A DNA stretch of 64,000 nt from Utricularia gibba (Eukaryota; Plantae; Magnoliophyta): positions 1,612,001 through 1,676,000 of the forward strand of contig CM007989.1 of NCBI GenBank assembly GCA_002189035.1, in the 5' to 3' direction. The notes beneath the pieces are model-generated. The model saw only the letters and a program-made list of their open reading frames with translations. It ran no database searches and was not told the DNA's origin. Both the position numbers and the translations under genes were made by a program. This document shows, piece by piece, positions 63,460 to 64,000 of this stretch (the stretch's first letter is position 1; each line of letters starts with the position of its first letter).

Positions 63460-64000
63460 ATGGAGGAGAAATATGGGTATGCGTGATTTCTTTCGATCTA
63501 ATTCTGCTTTGTTTTGGGCGATGGAGCTGTTGATTTATTGTTGGTGTGGCGAAATTTCAGCTGCTCGCATTATCGGAGAAGGTGCAAGATCGTAGCCCCT
63601 TGTTGTGAAGAAACGTTTGACTGCAGGCACTGCCACAATGATGCAAAGGTAGCTGCTGTGCCTTAAGGGAGTGCATGAAACCGGAAAAAGAATGAACTAA
63701 AGATTCCTTAACCTTTTACTGCAGAATTCTTTAGAAGTAGATCCACTCGACAGGCATGATATCCCTCGTCATGAAATAAAAAAGGCATGTTTGCAATTTC
63801 AAGAATCTATGTTGTTCTTTCTATGGTTGCATCAATGGGTGATGTTTACTCGTTCCCTTTTCTCTGACGTGCTCTCAGATCATCTGCACCATGTGTGACA
63901 CCAAACAGGATGTGAGTTCCAATTTTTATTCAAGATTGTGAAATCTGCGCATGGTCTTGCTAGTATTTCGATGATACAGTTACCCAATATTCTACTGCAG
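63460..64000 (+). CDS. CHY zinc-finger/RING E3 ligase (CHYR1/RZFP34-like), 5' part; continues beyond the window
   Basis: Absent from the ORF track. Exons 63460-63476, 63561-63648, 63725-63784, 63879-63911: [35 protein letters not shown]|[20 protein letters not shown]|[11 protein letters not shown]. The window ends at the next acceptor (CTGCAG). The true start may be further upstream. Confidence 0.88.

Overview
Eukaryotic, eudicot-type plant nuclear DNA with very compact organisation: 25 protein-coding genes (2 partial) in 64 kb, and many introns of 57-110 nt. In order: an uncharacterised, possibly SPIDR-like protein (3' exons only), ATG18a, TOC159, TPK1, LSM4, OXP1, NOP16, NLA, EID1, NDUFS5, a MAGL-type lipase, a non-RD LRR-XII receptor kinase, OEP16-4, U1A, two tandem LEA_3/SAG21 genes, RPL18, SEC15B, a PMEI-type inhibitor, a PAB7-like PABP, a UGT73D-like glycosyltransferase, an amidohydrolase-only NodGS/FluG-like gene, a ZAT-type C2H2 repressor, mitochondrial RPL21, and the start of a CHY-RING E3 ligase. 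Exon boundaries were read by hand. Eight single-base deletions in homopolymer runs break six genes; these are most likely long-read assembly errors, not pseudogenes. Best leads: (1) the NodGS-like gene keeps its metal ligands but has no glutamine-synthetase domain and has hydrophobic active-site substitutions; (2) it carries a U12-type AT-AC intron; (3) the first gene may be a plant SPIDR homologue; (4) a hairpin in RPL18 intron 4 hides a cryptic 5' splice site; (5) an ABRE+CE3 module is footprinted between the LEA duplicates. Homologue sequences and Arabidopsis locus IDs are recalled from memory, not looked up. No rRNA, tRNA or CRISPR array was seen.
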